Assembly (NCBI GenBank): GCA_013239625.1
Contig: MU053652.1
Span: forward strand, 7,959,027-8,023,026
Length of the DNA stretch: 64,000 bases
Reading direction: 5' to 3'
DNA from: Lama guanicoe
Taxonomy: Eukaryota
Shown here: in pieces, positions 41,874-54,775 of the stretch
How positions within the stretch are numbered: the first letter of the stretch is position 1
Layout: each line of letters begins with the position of its first letter
Notes under the pieces: model-generated
The model's database searches: none
The model's input: only the letters and a program-made list of their open reading frames with translations
Told to the model about the DNA's origin: nothing
Made by a program: the position numbers and the translations under genes

Positions 41874-43496
41874 TAATACTGTTTTATCCTTGTTTTCTCT
41901 GTGTTTCTTAAGTTGTGGATAAACTGCAGATTTACTTTGTTTCTGAAAGATTTATGGTTACGAGTTTCACCCTTTCTCATGTCATCTGGGTGTTGATAGA
42001 AGGCAGCAGCTTCTTGTTCCTGTCGTCTCCGCCCGGGAAAGCTGGCTTGCTTTGAGGAACCGACCTCTGACTCTGAAGCATGTGATTGTATTTTGGCTCA
42101 GTGATGGCAGTCATCCCACGTTGTCCGAGCATTCAGTCATCACAGGACACTCCTGTCAATTAGTACTGGGTTGAAATGAAATGAAATTTCATTCTACATG
42201 CAAATTACTTTGATTAGTTTCTCATGGATGTAAGTGGGCATTGCCTTTATTCAAATACAAGTATTTTGTAAAATCAACTGCCTGACAGAAAGTTACTCTG
42301 AGAATGTATTAACCTTCATGTGTAATTTTCAGTCAACCAGCTGTACTGTCAATTTAAAGACCGGGACTTCTTCCAAGGAGCACAAGGACAAACTGAACAC
42401 TTTAAATCCAACTTCCTGGTTTTCCTATTAGTGAGATGGAGATTCTGATTTGGTTGCATACACTTTGTTCATCTTTATTGCAACAGAGGCAGGAAAATAA
42501 AACGTACAGTTAGCATTCATGGTGTTGGAAGAAACTAAGGAAAAGGAAAAGGCATGATCATGTTCAGTTTAACTGTAGGGAAACAAATCCACAAAGCTGT
42601 TCGTAATGTCTCAGTGTAACAGTTGTCTGTAGGTGTAACTTCTTGCCTTCAAATCAGCTTCTGGGCCTAAAAAAGAAACAAACTTTCTTTTTTCTTTTCA
42701 CTTTTCTTCTCTTTTTTTTCTCTTTCCTTTTTTTTAAAGTGGGAGTCTAAGGAGGCAGAAAAAGGAGAATTTGTGTCTGCAAGCAGATTTTTGTTTTAAG
42801 ATTGGATTTGGGAGAACGTTTAGCAATTAAAATTAAGAAATGTGTTCTAATCTCTGTTTTGAAGGATGATAGCTAGTTAGGGAGAAGCTGATGAAATAGA
42901 ATATTGGGGGTTTGTTTGTTTATTGAGCAAGGACGTAAATATAGAAGGGTCAGCTTCTTAGTTGTATATTCACCTAAAGCCCAATTTATACTAGTCCATC
43001 CAAATGGAAAATTCAGTAATTGTTTTCTTTTTTAAAAGACTTTTCTGAACTTTGCTGTGGATATTTGCCAAAAGTTGTGATGTAGTTAACAGTAACACTT
43101 AAGTACTTATGAGAGAGTCTAAATAGTCCTGGAATTGCAACCACTTTCCAAGCCACGTGAAAATGGATTCTTTAAGTGGTCTTGCTTTGTCCATGCTTGA
43201 ATGCCTCTGGACAACTGTAGGTCTGTTTATCAGAACTGTGCTGCCTCAAGATGTTTAGAAAGTTTAAGAAGATTCTGAGCCAGAGGATTGCTTTAGATCT
43301 GTACCAGTGCCCCAGAATTTCACAACCAACATGTCTGGGTCAGCCTAACATGGTTTATACCAGTTAGACCACGAGCAGAGAGAGTAATTCTACACACAAC
43401 CAGAGCTCTTTCAGTATCCTTCTCTTTACTTTCCACTTTCATCACTGTTTTCTAGAAACCAGAACAACAGAAAAACTGGTTTGATAGGAGTCATCA

Positions 43497-43641
43497 TAGT
43501 CAGCCCTCTGTTTCTGCAGGTTTCACATTCTTGAAAGACGTCGGGCCAACCGTATTCACTGTCCTGCACCATTTTATATGAGGGACTTGAGCAGCCATGG
43601 ATTTAGGCATCCACGGAGGCTCCTGGAATCAATCCTCTGCG
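43497..43641. mobile_element. MER2-like Tigger element
   Basis: ccattttatatgagggacttgagc...gcggatactgagg. Confidence 0.7.
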
Positions 43642-46600
43642 GATACTGAGGCACTGCTGTGTGTTTTCATGTATTTTTCTTCGTTTCCCAACTATCTAAA
43701 TATTAAACCAATCATTATTCCATTGGCTATTCCAGTAGCCTGCTTAGGAGAAGAAGGGTAGGGAGAAACATGCATTTGAGTTCAGTTTTGATTCTGTAAA
43801 GGTTACTTCTCTAAACATAATGTACAGTTGAACTCAAATGGGATTTAGTGGTTGTTGGAAAAGACAGGAAAACTTGTAGAAGAAACATGGTGGTATTCTT
43901 TCCACTGCATGGCTGGTAAACACTTAGATGCAGCATTGTCTTCATACCTTGGTCTCGGCTTATGATATATGGTAAGTTATAGTTGCAGTAGTGACCTCAC
44001 TTATGAGCTGTCCGACACTATTAATAAAACCTTGGAATGTATTTCAACTTGTGAAAACCATTGCTGTATCTTTATGTTGATCAGATTTTCCATAAAACTA
44101 AGGATAAGGATGGGCATTGTAAAAATTATAAAGGAAATTTTTGGAGAATTTTGCCCCAAAAGCTTTCAAATACACAAGTTTCTTAAATATTAGTAGCAAC
44201 TGGTAAATCAAGCAAGAAGAAACAGGAACGTAAGGGAATGTTCTGTATCCTGTTCCAGAGTCTTCGAAAGTTCCCAGACATCTTACTTTCAGAGCTACTA
44301 GGTGAAGGCACTTGAATCCAAGTGTTATCCTAATACACTATCCTAAACCAAACTATTTTAAATGATTATTGTTACTTGTAAGTAATTATTGTAAGTTGGA
44401 AGTAGGCCCCAGAATAAAACAAATCTCTCATTCTATGTATTAATATAGCTCTAGATCAGGTTAATAGAGGAAATTCACATGACCACTCAATTCTAAAGAC
44501 CCACTGAGAAGTCGCCACCCCACCCTGCCTGCCAGCTCCTTAGCAGGTTTTTGCAGTTTATTAAATTACCTGGACACAATTATTTTAGGAATAGGAGGTA
44601 TACTCATGACCGATTATGAAAGAATAGCTAAAAGGCACGCATTGGTGAAGAAGACAGGAGGGCTGGAAAAACCTTGACACTAAATGTTGGAGATAATTTG
44701 TGTGGGTCCCCGTGGTTGAGGCCCCGTGAGCCACTTCCAAACCTGTCTCCAACCGGTCACAGGGGCCTTGGGGCCACTTAATATTATTTAAGGAATATCC
44801 TTTGTGTTAGTGTGTATGAGCACGAATATTTACGTATATTGATGTATATAAATATATTTATGGAACCACTCGTACCGGTGGGGATTAACGACTTGCTCAG
44901 GTACAAGGGGGAGGAATTAGTGCACAAGTTCTCAGCTGACTCTGTTTAGATTGAGAAATAGCATGTTGGCCATAGGTTATGATTCTTAGGAAGTTTACAT
45001 GACTGCACTCAACATCTAATGAGAAAAGGTGGGGAAAATGGGAAAATGTAGGGGGAAGATTCATATCTGTAATCATTACCCACAAGATTGGCAGTGGGCT
45101 TAGTGGCAAAAACTTAGGCTAGTTTGAAGATTTGGTGAGTACAGGCTGTTTTATGCAGAATGTTAATATCAAATTGCTGTAAGATTTATCTCTAAATATG
45201 ACAAGAGCTTAAATCACTGGTTAATATAGAAAATACCTTTAAAGAGGTTTTTTTTTTTTTCTGTCAATGCTAAGTCAGCATTTCTCCATGACTGTTGCTT
45301 CTCTTATAATTGGGCAAAAGGACCAACCATTAGATGTAGAATTTTGGACATGCAAAATTTCAAAATCCAACACACTGTTCAGTGAAATGCAGGTGCTGAT
45401 AACATTTAGACTATCATCTATTTCTTCTCGAATTACTGGCTTGAACAAATGTGTACCTTTACAACAGTATTAATTGACTTAGAGCTGTTCTGGCAAATCC
45501 TCTGGAGGAACAAAACTAACACTAAGTAGAGTTCAGAATACAGAAAACTCTTCCCCAAGTTGTTTGGTTTCCATACCTGAACTCTCAGAGGAATTTTTTT
45601 CATGGCATCTCCCCGAGAGGTAGAAAATACTACACAATGTTGAACAAGAAACCAGAAGAAACAGCAGATCTCAGAAAATTACGAGGGAGGGCTGCTTCCA
45701 AGTCTTTATTACTGCTTGTCTTGGAAGCACTGTCCCCTTAAATCATGCTCCAGCTTTCCTCTTTCTCTATTAAAGCAATAACCTCCATTCTGCTTACCTC
45801 TCCTAGGAATTATCCAATATAATTTTTTGTTTGTTGATTTTATGGTTCCTGCCATTCCCTCCTACATCCCTCCCCCATCACAGAAATTGACAGTAACGGG
45901 GAATTCAGAGGGCTAGGGGGTATAAAATGCACAGAAGAGGATTTGCTTTGGCATGTGTGGGTTCCTGAAACTTGTGAGTTGACACTGGGGTTTGGGGAGC
46001 ACAGTGAAAATTACATGGACTTCTTGTAAGTAATAAGAGGAACACTTCCAAATATCGGTTCCGCTCTGTAGGGGCAGTACATTACCAGCCCACACCAAGT
46101 GTTTTTCTAGCAGAGCTGTCCCCAGAGGGCACAGTTAACACCTGCCCACTTAGCGTGCAATTCCCAGTGTAGACGGCTCTCTGACTTCCTCAGGGAGGCA
46201 TCCCCTAGCCCTGTCTCCTTTCTGCAGAGGGTACTGTAATGTGGGCACCCAGCCACTTTCAGACCAGGCTACTTTTGATGATAATGATGAAGTCATTTAA
46301 AGGGTCTTCCAGAAGTCCATGGCCATGCTTACTTCACTCCCAGACCTCTCATCACTGAGATTTTTTTTGTTGAGAAAAATCATGTTTAAAAGGATCCATT
46401 GTAATACTAACTACTTTTTATTGGAACGCTTATGAAGTATTGGGCACAACATGAAATGTTTCACATAAGGAAGTTACTATCCCAATTTTTCAGCCAAGGC
46501 AAATGAAACTTAGGTTAAATAATTTGCACAAAGTTAAACAGTAAATAACAAAGCTGAGCATCAGACTTGGGTCTGTCTTAATACAAAGGATGTACCCTCA

Positions 46601-47708
46601 ACCACTATAGTTCCTCTGCCTCCTACGTGTGTCAAGATACCAGTAACAATCAGGATAAAAAATTGAAATACTACTCCAATATCTTTACTGCAGATGTAGA
46701 AGGCTTGGGGTGGTTCTGCTTTGCCACATGCAGAGACCCAAAAGGAAGCGCTGTCGTTCTCTGTTTTCCAAAAAAAGAAAAAAGCAGATAGGAAAATATG
46801 TTATAATCATGCAGCTAAACCAGCAGCTGCTAAAGCAAGCCAAGGCAAGTTTTGAGACGAGTACAGCCTGAGAATTTTGGAGCACTCAGTGAATAGAATC
46901 TCTTTTATAATTTGTTTGTTTGTTTGCTCATCTCCAATCCCCAGTTCTCCTTCTATCACCATTAAAATATTTTTTCCGCTTAAACCCTAAATTAGGTAAC
47001 TGGCATGTCTGGGTAATCCCAAATGCTTAATAAATGATGACACGAGAATTTATTTGGAATTACCTCAGAATCCTCTCAAGTTCAAGTCATCTCTGTCAAC
47101 GCGTCTTCTTCCCTTAAGCATTTTCCATTCATTTCATGTTTTTATCACCCCCATGGTGACTTTTAATTTATGAACATCATATATGGAGAAAAAGTGGGAT
47201 TTGTTTTGGCTTTTTTTTTTTGCTTATGTTAAAAATGACTTGCATTTCTTTAAAAATAAATTTTATTAATAAAAAGCTTTTGAAGTAAAAGCAGTTACCA
47301 CTCCACCAAGTCCTGACAGGTCAGGATTCTTGTTAAACTTCCTATGAGTGTCTCTGAGAAGAGTCACCAAAAATTCTTGGCAGCATTTACAGAAAAATAA
47401 ATAAGTGCATTAGTGAGTATTATCTTGCTTCTCCTGAATGTGAGATTTTTCAGCTGTCTGCTGGTCTCCTGCAGGGGCTACACCTCCCAAATGATAACAT
47501 GTTGATATAGTGAGGGCTACAGACCAAAGTACAACTTCTAGAAAGACATTCACAAACACATATAAATAAATGTATTCTCCCTCTGACTTTTCCTTTAAAT
47601 GTAAAAAAAAAAAAGCTCAGTTTTCCCGATTTTGCTTCAATGTAAAGCATTCCTCTTAGCTGCCTTTTGTTGGATTATTGGTTCACATGAATGTACTGGG
47701 TTTTTTAA

Positions 47709-47980
47709 AGTAAAGTTTTATTTTTTATTGAAGTGTGGTTGATTTACAATGTTAGTTTCAGGTGTACAGCAAAGTGATTCAGTTTTACAGATACATACAT
47801 ATGTGTATATATATTTTCAGATTCTTTTTCATCATAGCTTATTACAAGAAATTGAATATAGTTCCCTGTGCTATATAGTAGGTCCTTGTTTATCTATTTT
47901 ATATATAGTAATGTGTATCTGTTAATCCCAAACTCCTAATTTATTCCTACCCCCTCCCACCACACCTTTCCACTTTGAAA
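47709..47980 (-). mobile_element. 5'-truncated L1 3' end
   Basis: ttattgaagtgtggttgatttacaatg...gttccctgtgctata; TSD-like gtact(gg/a)gttttt. Confidence 0.8.
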
Positions 47981-48904
47981 GTACTAGTTTTTAATCTGAG
48001 GTGCCGAACCACTCAGCCCCAGCTCGGAGGGAAGTTAATGCATGTTACACTCAGGGAGGGCACCTTTCAAATTCTAACTTGAGGCTGACTGTAGATCATT
48101 TGTTTCCATGCTCATGTAACAATGATTACACAGATGGATCATCGGAGACTCCATTCAGGGAGAGAGAGAATTTAGCTGTTGTGCCAGTGACAACAGGATT
48201 TTGATGAGGAGATTGCTAGACTTTTCAATTATATGTCTAATTTTTTTAAAAAAAAATTCTAAATATGTAACCCCACAAAATTTGTGTTGCTAAGAAGCTG
48301 TTTAATTTGTAATAAAGACTATATGGCTAATTACACAAGGTTTCAATCTGGAACAAGTGATATTAGTTGTCTGAAAATTAGTGCCGAATAGCCAACACAC
48401 AGATAATATATCAAAGTAAAAAACTTCCTCTTCAGAGCGCCAATTTGTCTAATGAATTCAAGAGTTAGGGTCTTAGAGGTTATACTGATTTTACCTCTGG
48501 ATGGTTTATTTAGAGAACAGGACTTCCATTCACCAGTTGTCAGTCCTCAGTTTACCCTAATGCTGTCCCAGTGTATCCTGCACAGCCGCTCATGACGGCA
48601 TCCTGACCACGGCCCCCAGATCGCAGGTGGAAAAGGGGCCGGGCGAGTCTTGCAGGGAGGAGTGGATGCAGATACCGTTAGAACTCTGGCCCTGCAATGT
48701 GCAGTGATGGAATGCTTACCAGTGGCTTCTCCTTGGAGCCCCTACCCTTTCATAGACCCTGAGACCACTCCTGTCTATATACCTCGTAAACCTCATTCTC
48801 AGCCATGATCCTTTTGGATCACACTTTGGCCATCCCAGGAGGAATGCTGAGAAGCTACTGTCCTGTTTTTAATTCATGGTGGTTGAGCAGCTAATTATCT
48901 CCAT

Positions 48905-49680
48905 CTATTCAAATACATGTATTGAGTACTTGCTGTTTATTAGTCACAAAGATAAGACAAAGTCCCTGATCTCCAGGTAGTAGAATCCAGTAGGATGGTA
49001 GGAAGATTAAGACATGTACACAAACAGCATATAATCCAAGGCAAAATGTATTGTGAGACCGTGGAATATAGACTGTAACAGGAGCAGGTGTTGCAGAAAG
49101 AGGATGAGTCCAGCCTTAAATATATTATGTCTGAGGCACCTGTCCATCTCAATGCATGGGCTTAGAATCATGGGGGTTGTATTTTGCTGGAGGTAAGGAT
49201 TTGGAGGTCATGTGGTACCAGTGGAATTTAAAGATGAGTTTGGATGAGGTCACTCAGGGAGAGTGTGGAGAAGAACAGAGACTTCTTTAAAACATGCTCT
49301 CCATAGGTCAATAAGCTACTCATCCTTCAAGATCTCTTGAAGGTAAGATGGTATGTGAAGGGTGTGTGTCAAGAGGGGACATCACTGGTTCAGGGGACTG
49401 CAGGCTGCTCAGTATGGCTTGAGAAAAGGGTACACGAGGACAGATGAGGCAGAAAGATCATCAGGGCTATGTCTGCCAGGCCAAGGGATTTGACCTTTAT
49501 TTCTGCAGAAGATGGGTTACACTGAAGAATTTCAAGCAGGTGACTGATGTGATCAGAACTGCATTTTGTAAAAATGTCACTATGGTACATTGAAGACAAA
49601 CCGGGGGTAAGTGAGAATGAAGACAGAGAAAGAGGTTAGGAAGCACCTGGTTAGGTGCCAGTTGGGATGAAACCAGTTTT
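48905..49680 (-). mobile_element. L2 fragments
   Basis: tattgagtactt...gacaaagtccctg...ggatttgacctttattct...gatcagaactgcatttt. Confidence 0.65.
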
Positions 49681-51289
49681 GAAGCAACAGTTCAGATAAC
49701 AGAGAGTGGGTGACTCAGCAATGGTTTTTGTGGTAGTCAGGGAAGGGATATGCCATTTCCAAGGGGAGACATTCTATTTACAGCCATAACATTAGGGTGG
49801 GTCCTGTTAAACAAAAGATATGTTTTAGATCTGCACCACTCTGACCAGTTTGGATATGCAGAGGGAGACTGGAGCTGCTCTCTGGCAGGGGGTTAGAGAG
49901 AGCTGAATTTGCTGTGCATGATGGGGCAAAGAGAATTCAGAATTCCCAGGAATGAGTGAGGAGGATAATAATGAGTATGAATCATGAGAGGAGCAGTGGA
50001 AGGACTGACAAACCAACAAGAAAATGCAAACTATTTTATGGGGTAAAATAGCCAGTAGGGAAAAAATTCTCAGTAACTAAATTCTGTGAAGTATGTGCTT
50101 TCATAGTCTCTGCTCTGTCTGTTCTGGCCTCTTCACACCTGCACAGAGTTCACAGTTCGTCTGCATTGCTTCATCCCTAGACCATTACAATGGCCCCCTA
50201 ACTGGTCTTCCTGCCACCAGCCTCGGCCTCACTGAGTCCACTCTTCTGTCTGATACACAAGCCATATTTTTGTAAAGCTAATGTATATAGACATCATGTC
50301 ACTTCTTGTCTGGAAATCCTTGGATGCTCCCCACGACTTTCGTAATGAAGTCCACATTCCTTAGCTTAACGCTAAGTGGTTCAGGATGGACGACTGTGAC
50401 TCTCGGCCCATTCCAGTCTTTTCATTCAGACATAGAAAATTGCATGGACTTTCTGAAATGCGTCTTGCTAATGCATGCCTCTGTGGTTCAGAGAGGCATA
50501 TAATTTGACTGAGAGGAAACTGGTCAACATGACAATTTGGTGGAAACCTAATTTCCAGTTTCGGTGTACCACAGTGATGGTGCCCTCACAACTCTTGTCT
50601 ATCTGGGAGACGGCTTCTCAGCGGTGACTTTTTTCAGTCAATCATTTCTTCGGAGGGCTTTTTGGAAAAGTTAAGTTAGAATAACTCAAAGGGGTAAGTT
50701 GGAACAAACTAAATATCCAGCAATAGAGAACTAATCAAAATAACCTGAATATCCAATTATTGAAATTGCTTAAATAAAATACGGTGAGTTATGTAATGGT
50801 ATGTATGCCTATCTTCCCCTTTACACAGGAAACATAGTTATATGTGTGTTTAAATATGCATTCAGAAGGATCTAGAAGGTCATCAGTAGTCTTGTGTGGC
50901 TGGGATTCTTTATGTTTTCTGTCTATCTGTATCTTCTGACTTTTCTTAATGATTACATACCAGTTTTGTAAAAAGAAAAGACCACACAGAAACTATATAC
51001 TAGTACTGTTCTTAATCCACCCAAAATTATCAATACTTGCAAAAAGAATTATTAATAAAAATATTAACTCTTTAGCAAATTCTTGTTTTTATAGAACTAC
51101 ATTAACCCTATGATTTTCTACCACTTTCTATAATACGCTGTTTTCTCAAAATTAAATGACTCCCCTCATTCTCCACCCCTATCACGTGATTCCTTTCATA
51201 ACGTGGCATCTTCTCTATTCTGTTGAAAGTCCAAAGCAAGTGTCACCTTCTCTGAGAAGCTTTTCTTGACCCCTTATCTGCTTTTGGTC

Positions 51290-51635
51290 GAGGGTCTATA
51301 GTAAACTGTGGTCAAATCCATCCAACACCTATTTTTGGACAGCCTGCAGACCAAGAAGAGTTTTTACATTTTTCTAATGGTTGAAAAAAGCCAAAAGAAA
51401 AAAATTAACAACACATGAAGATTACATGAAATTTACATTTTATGTCCATAAATAAGGTTGTATCAGAACCCAGGCACGCTAATTCACTTAGGTGTTGTCT
51501 GTGGCTCCCTACAGTGGCAGAGTTAAATAGTTGTGATAGAGACCAAATAGCCCACAAAGTCTAAAATATTTAAATTTTTTATATGGTCATTTAAGTATCT
51601 CTGGCTCTTTACAGGAAAAGTTTGCTAACACAAGC
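51290..51635. mobile_element. MER58B-like DNA transposon
   Basis: ttttacatttttctaatggttg...gcccacaaagtctaaaatattt...aaagtttgctaac. Confidence 0.75.
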
Positions 51636-54401
51636 TTTAGGTGATTGGGTTTCCTCAGTGCCCACAAAGGACCCTACGCCTGCCTCTAATTCAGTTCTTC
51701 CCCCACATTCTGGAAGGAATGGTTTTCTTGGGATCCCCACTGCTCTGAGGTAGAGGCCACTTTATAACTCAACTTGGTCTCCCCAGCATGGAGCAGAGCG
51801 CCTCATACTCTGGAGGCACTTGATAGACAGATGATGTGTGAAGAAACGGTGTCAGCTCCCACCCCTGGAAAGTGAGTGACTGGAAGACAAGCATTTTATC
51901 TCCTCTGTTCACCGTCCTTTGTTCACTGCACATCTTTAGAATCCAGAAGAGTGTCTGGAACACGGAAGGCACTCAGAAAATAGTTGTGGAAGCTCAGTGC
52001 AGTAGTCTTGGTACCGTTTTCTGAGTTTTGTAATTCTTAAGTCAATTCTTTATCTTTGACATCTGCTATTTGACGATTGGGGGAGATAAAACCCCACCCT
52101 CCAGACCTCAGAGAAACAAAGAAAAGACAGTCTGAACTTGTCATGAGAGGAAGTGGTTAAGAGGTCTTTTCAAGGACATAACGACCTCCCGCAGGCTTCA
52201 GTGCCTCTCAGTGTGGGCACCGCAGTCTGTCCTTCCCTCTTCCTCTCACTCACTTAGAGCAGCTATGTCAGGGCAGGTATTAAATCACGATCCTGCTGAC
52301 ACCGAGTTATTGAATCCCTGTGGCAGCAGGGCTCACAGCACAGACTGAGACTCAGCACCCTGGCCCCGGTTCAATCAGGATGAGGTGTACTTTAGGAGAT
52401 TAATGTGCAGATATAAATCATGGTCTAAACACTTCATCTGGTCTTGGACAACCTCTCTACCAGTGAGTGGAACCCTCCTGATAGACAATGGACTGACTTG
52501 TTTCCATATCAGCTCTGTGAGTTTGTAGGAAAGACGGACTGAGAATCTCTGTTCAGAGCTGAAGAGTCACGGCACCTCGCATGTTTACAGTGCTGTATTT
52601 GAGATCACATGCTAGAAATGCTTTTCCTGAATGATGAATGTGCCACCTTAGTATCTGACCATATCATACTTGTCTTATTATGAGCTTTATAATATTTGGT
52701 TTTGTAAGTTGAGTGTGAGGATTTCTATCTTCATGGACATTTTGTGCAGGACCTCATAAGTGCACACTGCTCTCTCCTGAAGCCCCAAAATGTCCCGCAA
52801 AGAGTCTTTTAAAATACAAGGGAGAGAATATTTGTCTCCCAATCACTTTCATCCCAGTCTCCCCAGTCCCAGCAGCTCCCAGCAGCCCAGGAACCAACCT
52901 TTCCCTCCTGGCTCTGCACACTCTCTTTCTGGGATTCACACCTGGTTTTGTCAGCAACCCCATTTATCAGCAACCTTCTAGCCCTCTGCCTCATCACGCT
53001 GGAGCTGAAAGCTATTCCCATTTAGAAGAACCCCATCCTTGTGCACACACGAAGGTCAGAGGAAAAGGAGATCAGTCTTGGCTTTCTGTTCTAAATTCAC
53101 ACAGACACACAGACACACACACACACGCACACATGCATGCCTGCCTTTTAAAAGCCTAAATTTTAGCTTTTAATTCTTCACACAACAAGAATGAGCATGA
53201 TTATGAACACTAGTGAAAAAGGGTAAAATAGTGGAGTCACTACCAAGGGGAAATGAAATCCCCAATGTGGTTCTAAGGACAGGGAACTCGGATGGAGAAC
53301 GTGGGAAGGTTTGTGTCTGGATGGAAGCCAAGGGTTGCAGTAATGCTGATGGAGCACAGGCTTCTGAAATACCCAGCATTACACGCAACCCTAGCTTCTC
53401 TGAGCCTGGGTTTCCTTCAGGATAGAATGAGGAGAACACCTTTGAACACTGCTGTGAAAAGTACACAAGACAACTTAGATAGTGCAGAAAATGCCAGTCC
53501 CTCCCCACACAAGGTCAGAAAACAACTATTAAGTGGGTTGCCCAGAGAGCTTGCCAGGACCACTGTCATGCTCTGCAGGATGCAAAAGAAACATCGCTAA
53601 TCATAGATAATACAAAAGACTTTAGAGGAGATTCATAGCTTTTATAATTGGAGCGGAGCCCTAGGGTGGAATGAAGGTAATCTGTGATAGGTCTTTCTCT
53701 TGTCTGAACTCAGATCTTTCTCCAGTGAGACGATGGTGGGATAAAATGACACCCAGCGATTACAGATACATGTGCCCTTGTCCCTGGATGTGTGGCGTGG
53801 ACGCTGACAGCACCACCATGTGTGGAGAGCACAAAAAGGCTGAGACTCACCAGTCAAAGGCTCCCCCAAGGAGAGCTCAAAGGAGACTTGGATGGTGAAT
53901 CTTCAGCATCAGCCTCAAGACAACTCTGAATTCTGGGGCAATCCCTAGCACTTGCTTCCTTTCTAATAAGAAATTTTCAAACTTTCAATTTTTTTTTTCT
54001 TTCAGAAATGGTTGGTTTTAATTATAAATGATTGAATGACTTCTGAGGACCCATCAGCCTTACAGGAAGGTGGGAGTGTCAGCCAACCTCCTGGGTCTAA
54101 TGTTGATGTATCTAGGATGATAACGTCACTTTAGGGTCTTTTCCCCAAGCTTTCATCTCAATACCGAAAAGATTTTTAAGAAGGTTCTTGATTCCGGACT
54201 TTTAGAGAGAACTCTGATCAGATTTTCTTAGACATGCAAAATCAAATGAAAGCAAATGCTAAGGACCCAAACCTTTTTTGAGGGGTGAGAATGTAATATT
54301 TTTAATATATAGCAATGTCAGATACACGCCTGTCAGATGTACCAACTTACAAAAAAAATTAGTTTGTTTAAAAAAAACAAAAAAAAACCCTTCAATCCAA
54401 A

Positions 54402-54407
54402 TTTATT
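54402..54407 (-). terminator. LMOD2 polyadenylation signal
   Basis: AATAAA on - about 300 nt past the stop codon, followed on - by a T/GT-rich tract; second AATAAA at 54528-54533. Confidence 0.7.
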
Positions 54408-54708
54408 GGGATTACAAAAATAACAGCACATTTCATTAACGCATTGCAGCTCAGAGTTATCAACACATCCAAGGCATCTTTAAATAAACTGCTTCTTGCC
54501 AATAAATCTCATGACATTAAAAAAATGTTTATTTTCATATTTACAGAAGAAACACGCTGTTTCTTGAAATTCTCTTTGGGGTTAATGGTGAGGCTATTTT
54601 TAAAGTCAGAGAACATTTCAAATTGAAGAAAGTGTTTTAGAAACATCTCGCAATGCATTTTATCTAATACCACCGGGTGATTCTGCATCCTCTTCTAAAG
54701 ATGGGGCT

Positions 54709-54735
54709 TTACCGTAGAGCTTCTGGAACTTCCAC
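54709..54735 (-). CDS. LMOD2: Leiomodin-2 exon 3 coding part (end of WH2)
   Basis: tgtag|GTGGAA...CGG TAA; VEVPEALR*. Confidence 0.95.
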   Translation of the reverse strand: MEVPEALR

Positions 54736-54775
54736 CTACAAAAACAGGGGATTTTCTTTCAATAAAAACAGCACA

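Larger units (their letters stand above)
42460..54156 (-). pseudogene. Candidate unitary pseudogene of a multi-exon PDZ/EF-hand protein gene
   Basis: About 18 exon-like segments with polypyrimidine/AG and GT borders, chained splice phases, degenerate PDZ (VNGSPVL*INHPE|IRHIIEKSSNLLIKIL) and EF-hand (EAVSQIDKSCEGTITV) motifs, many in-frame stops. Confidence 0.55.

Noticed and set aside
50600..50640. LKKVT WH2-like motif on the - strand
   Set aside because: Lies in a different frame from the better-supported EF-hand reading and lacks a proper preceding helix.
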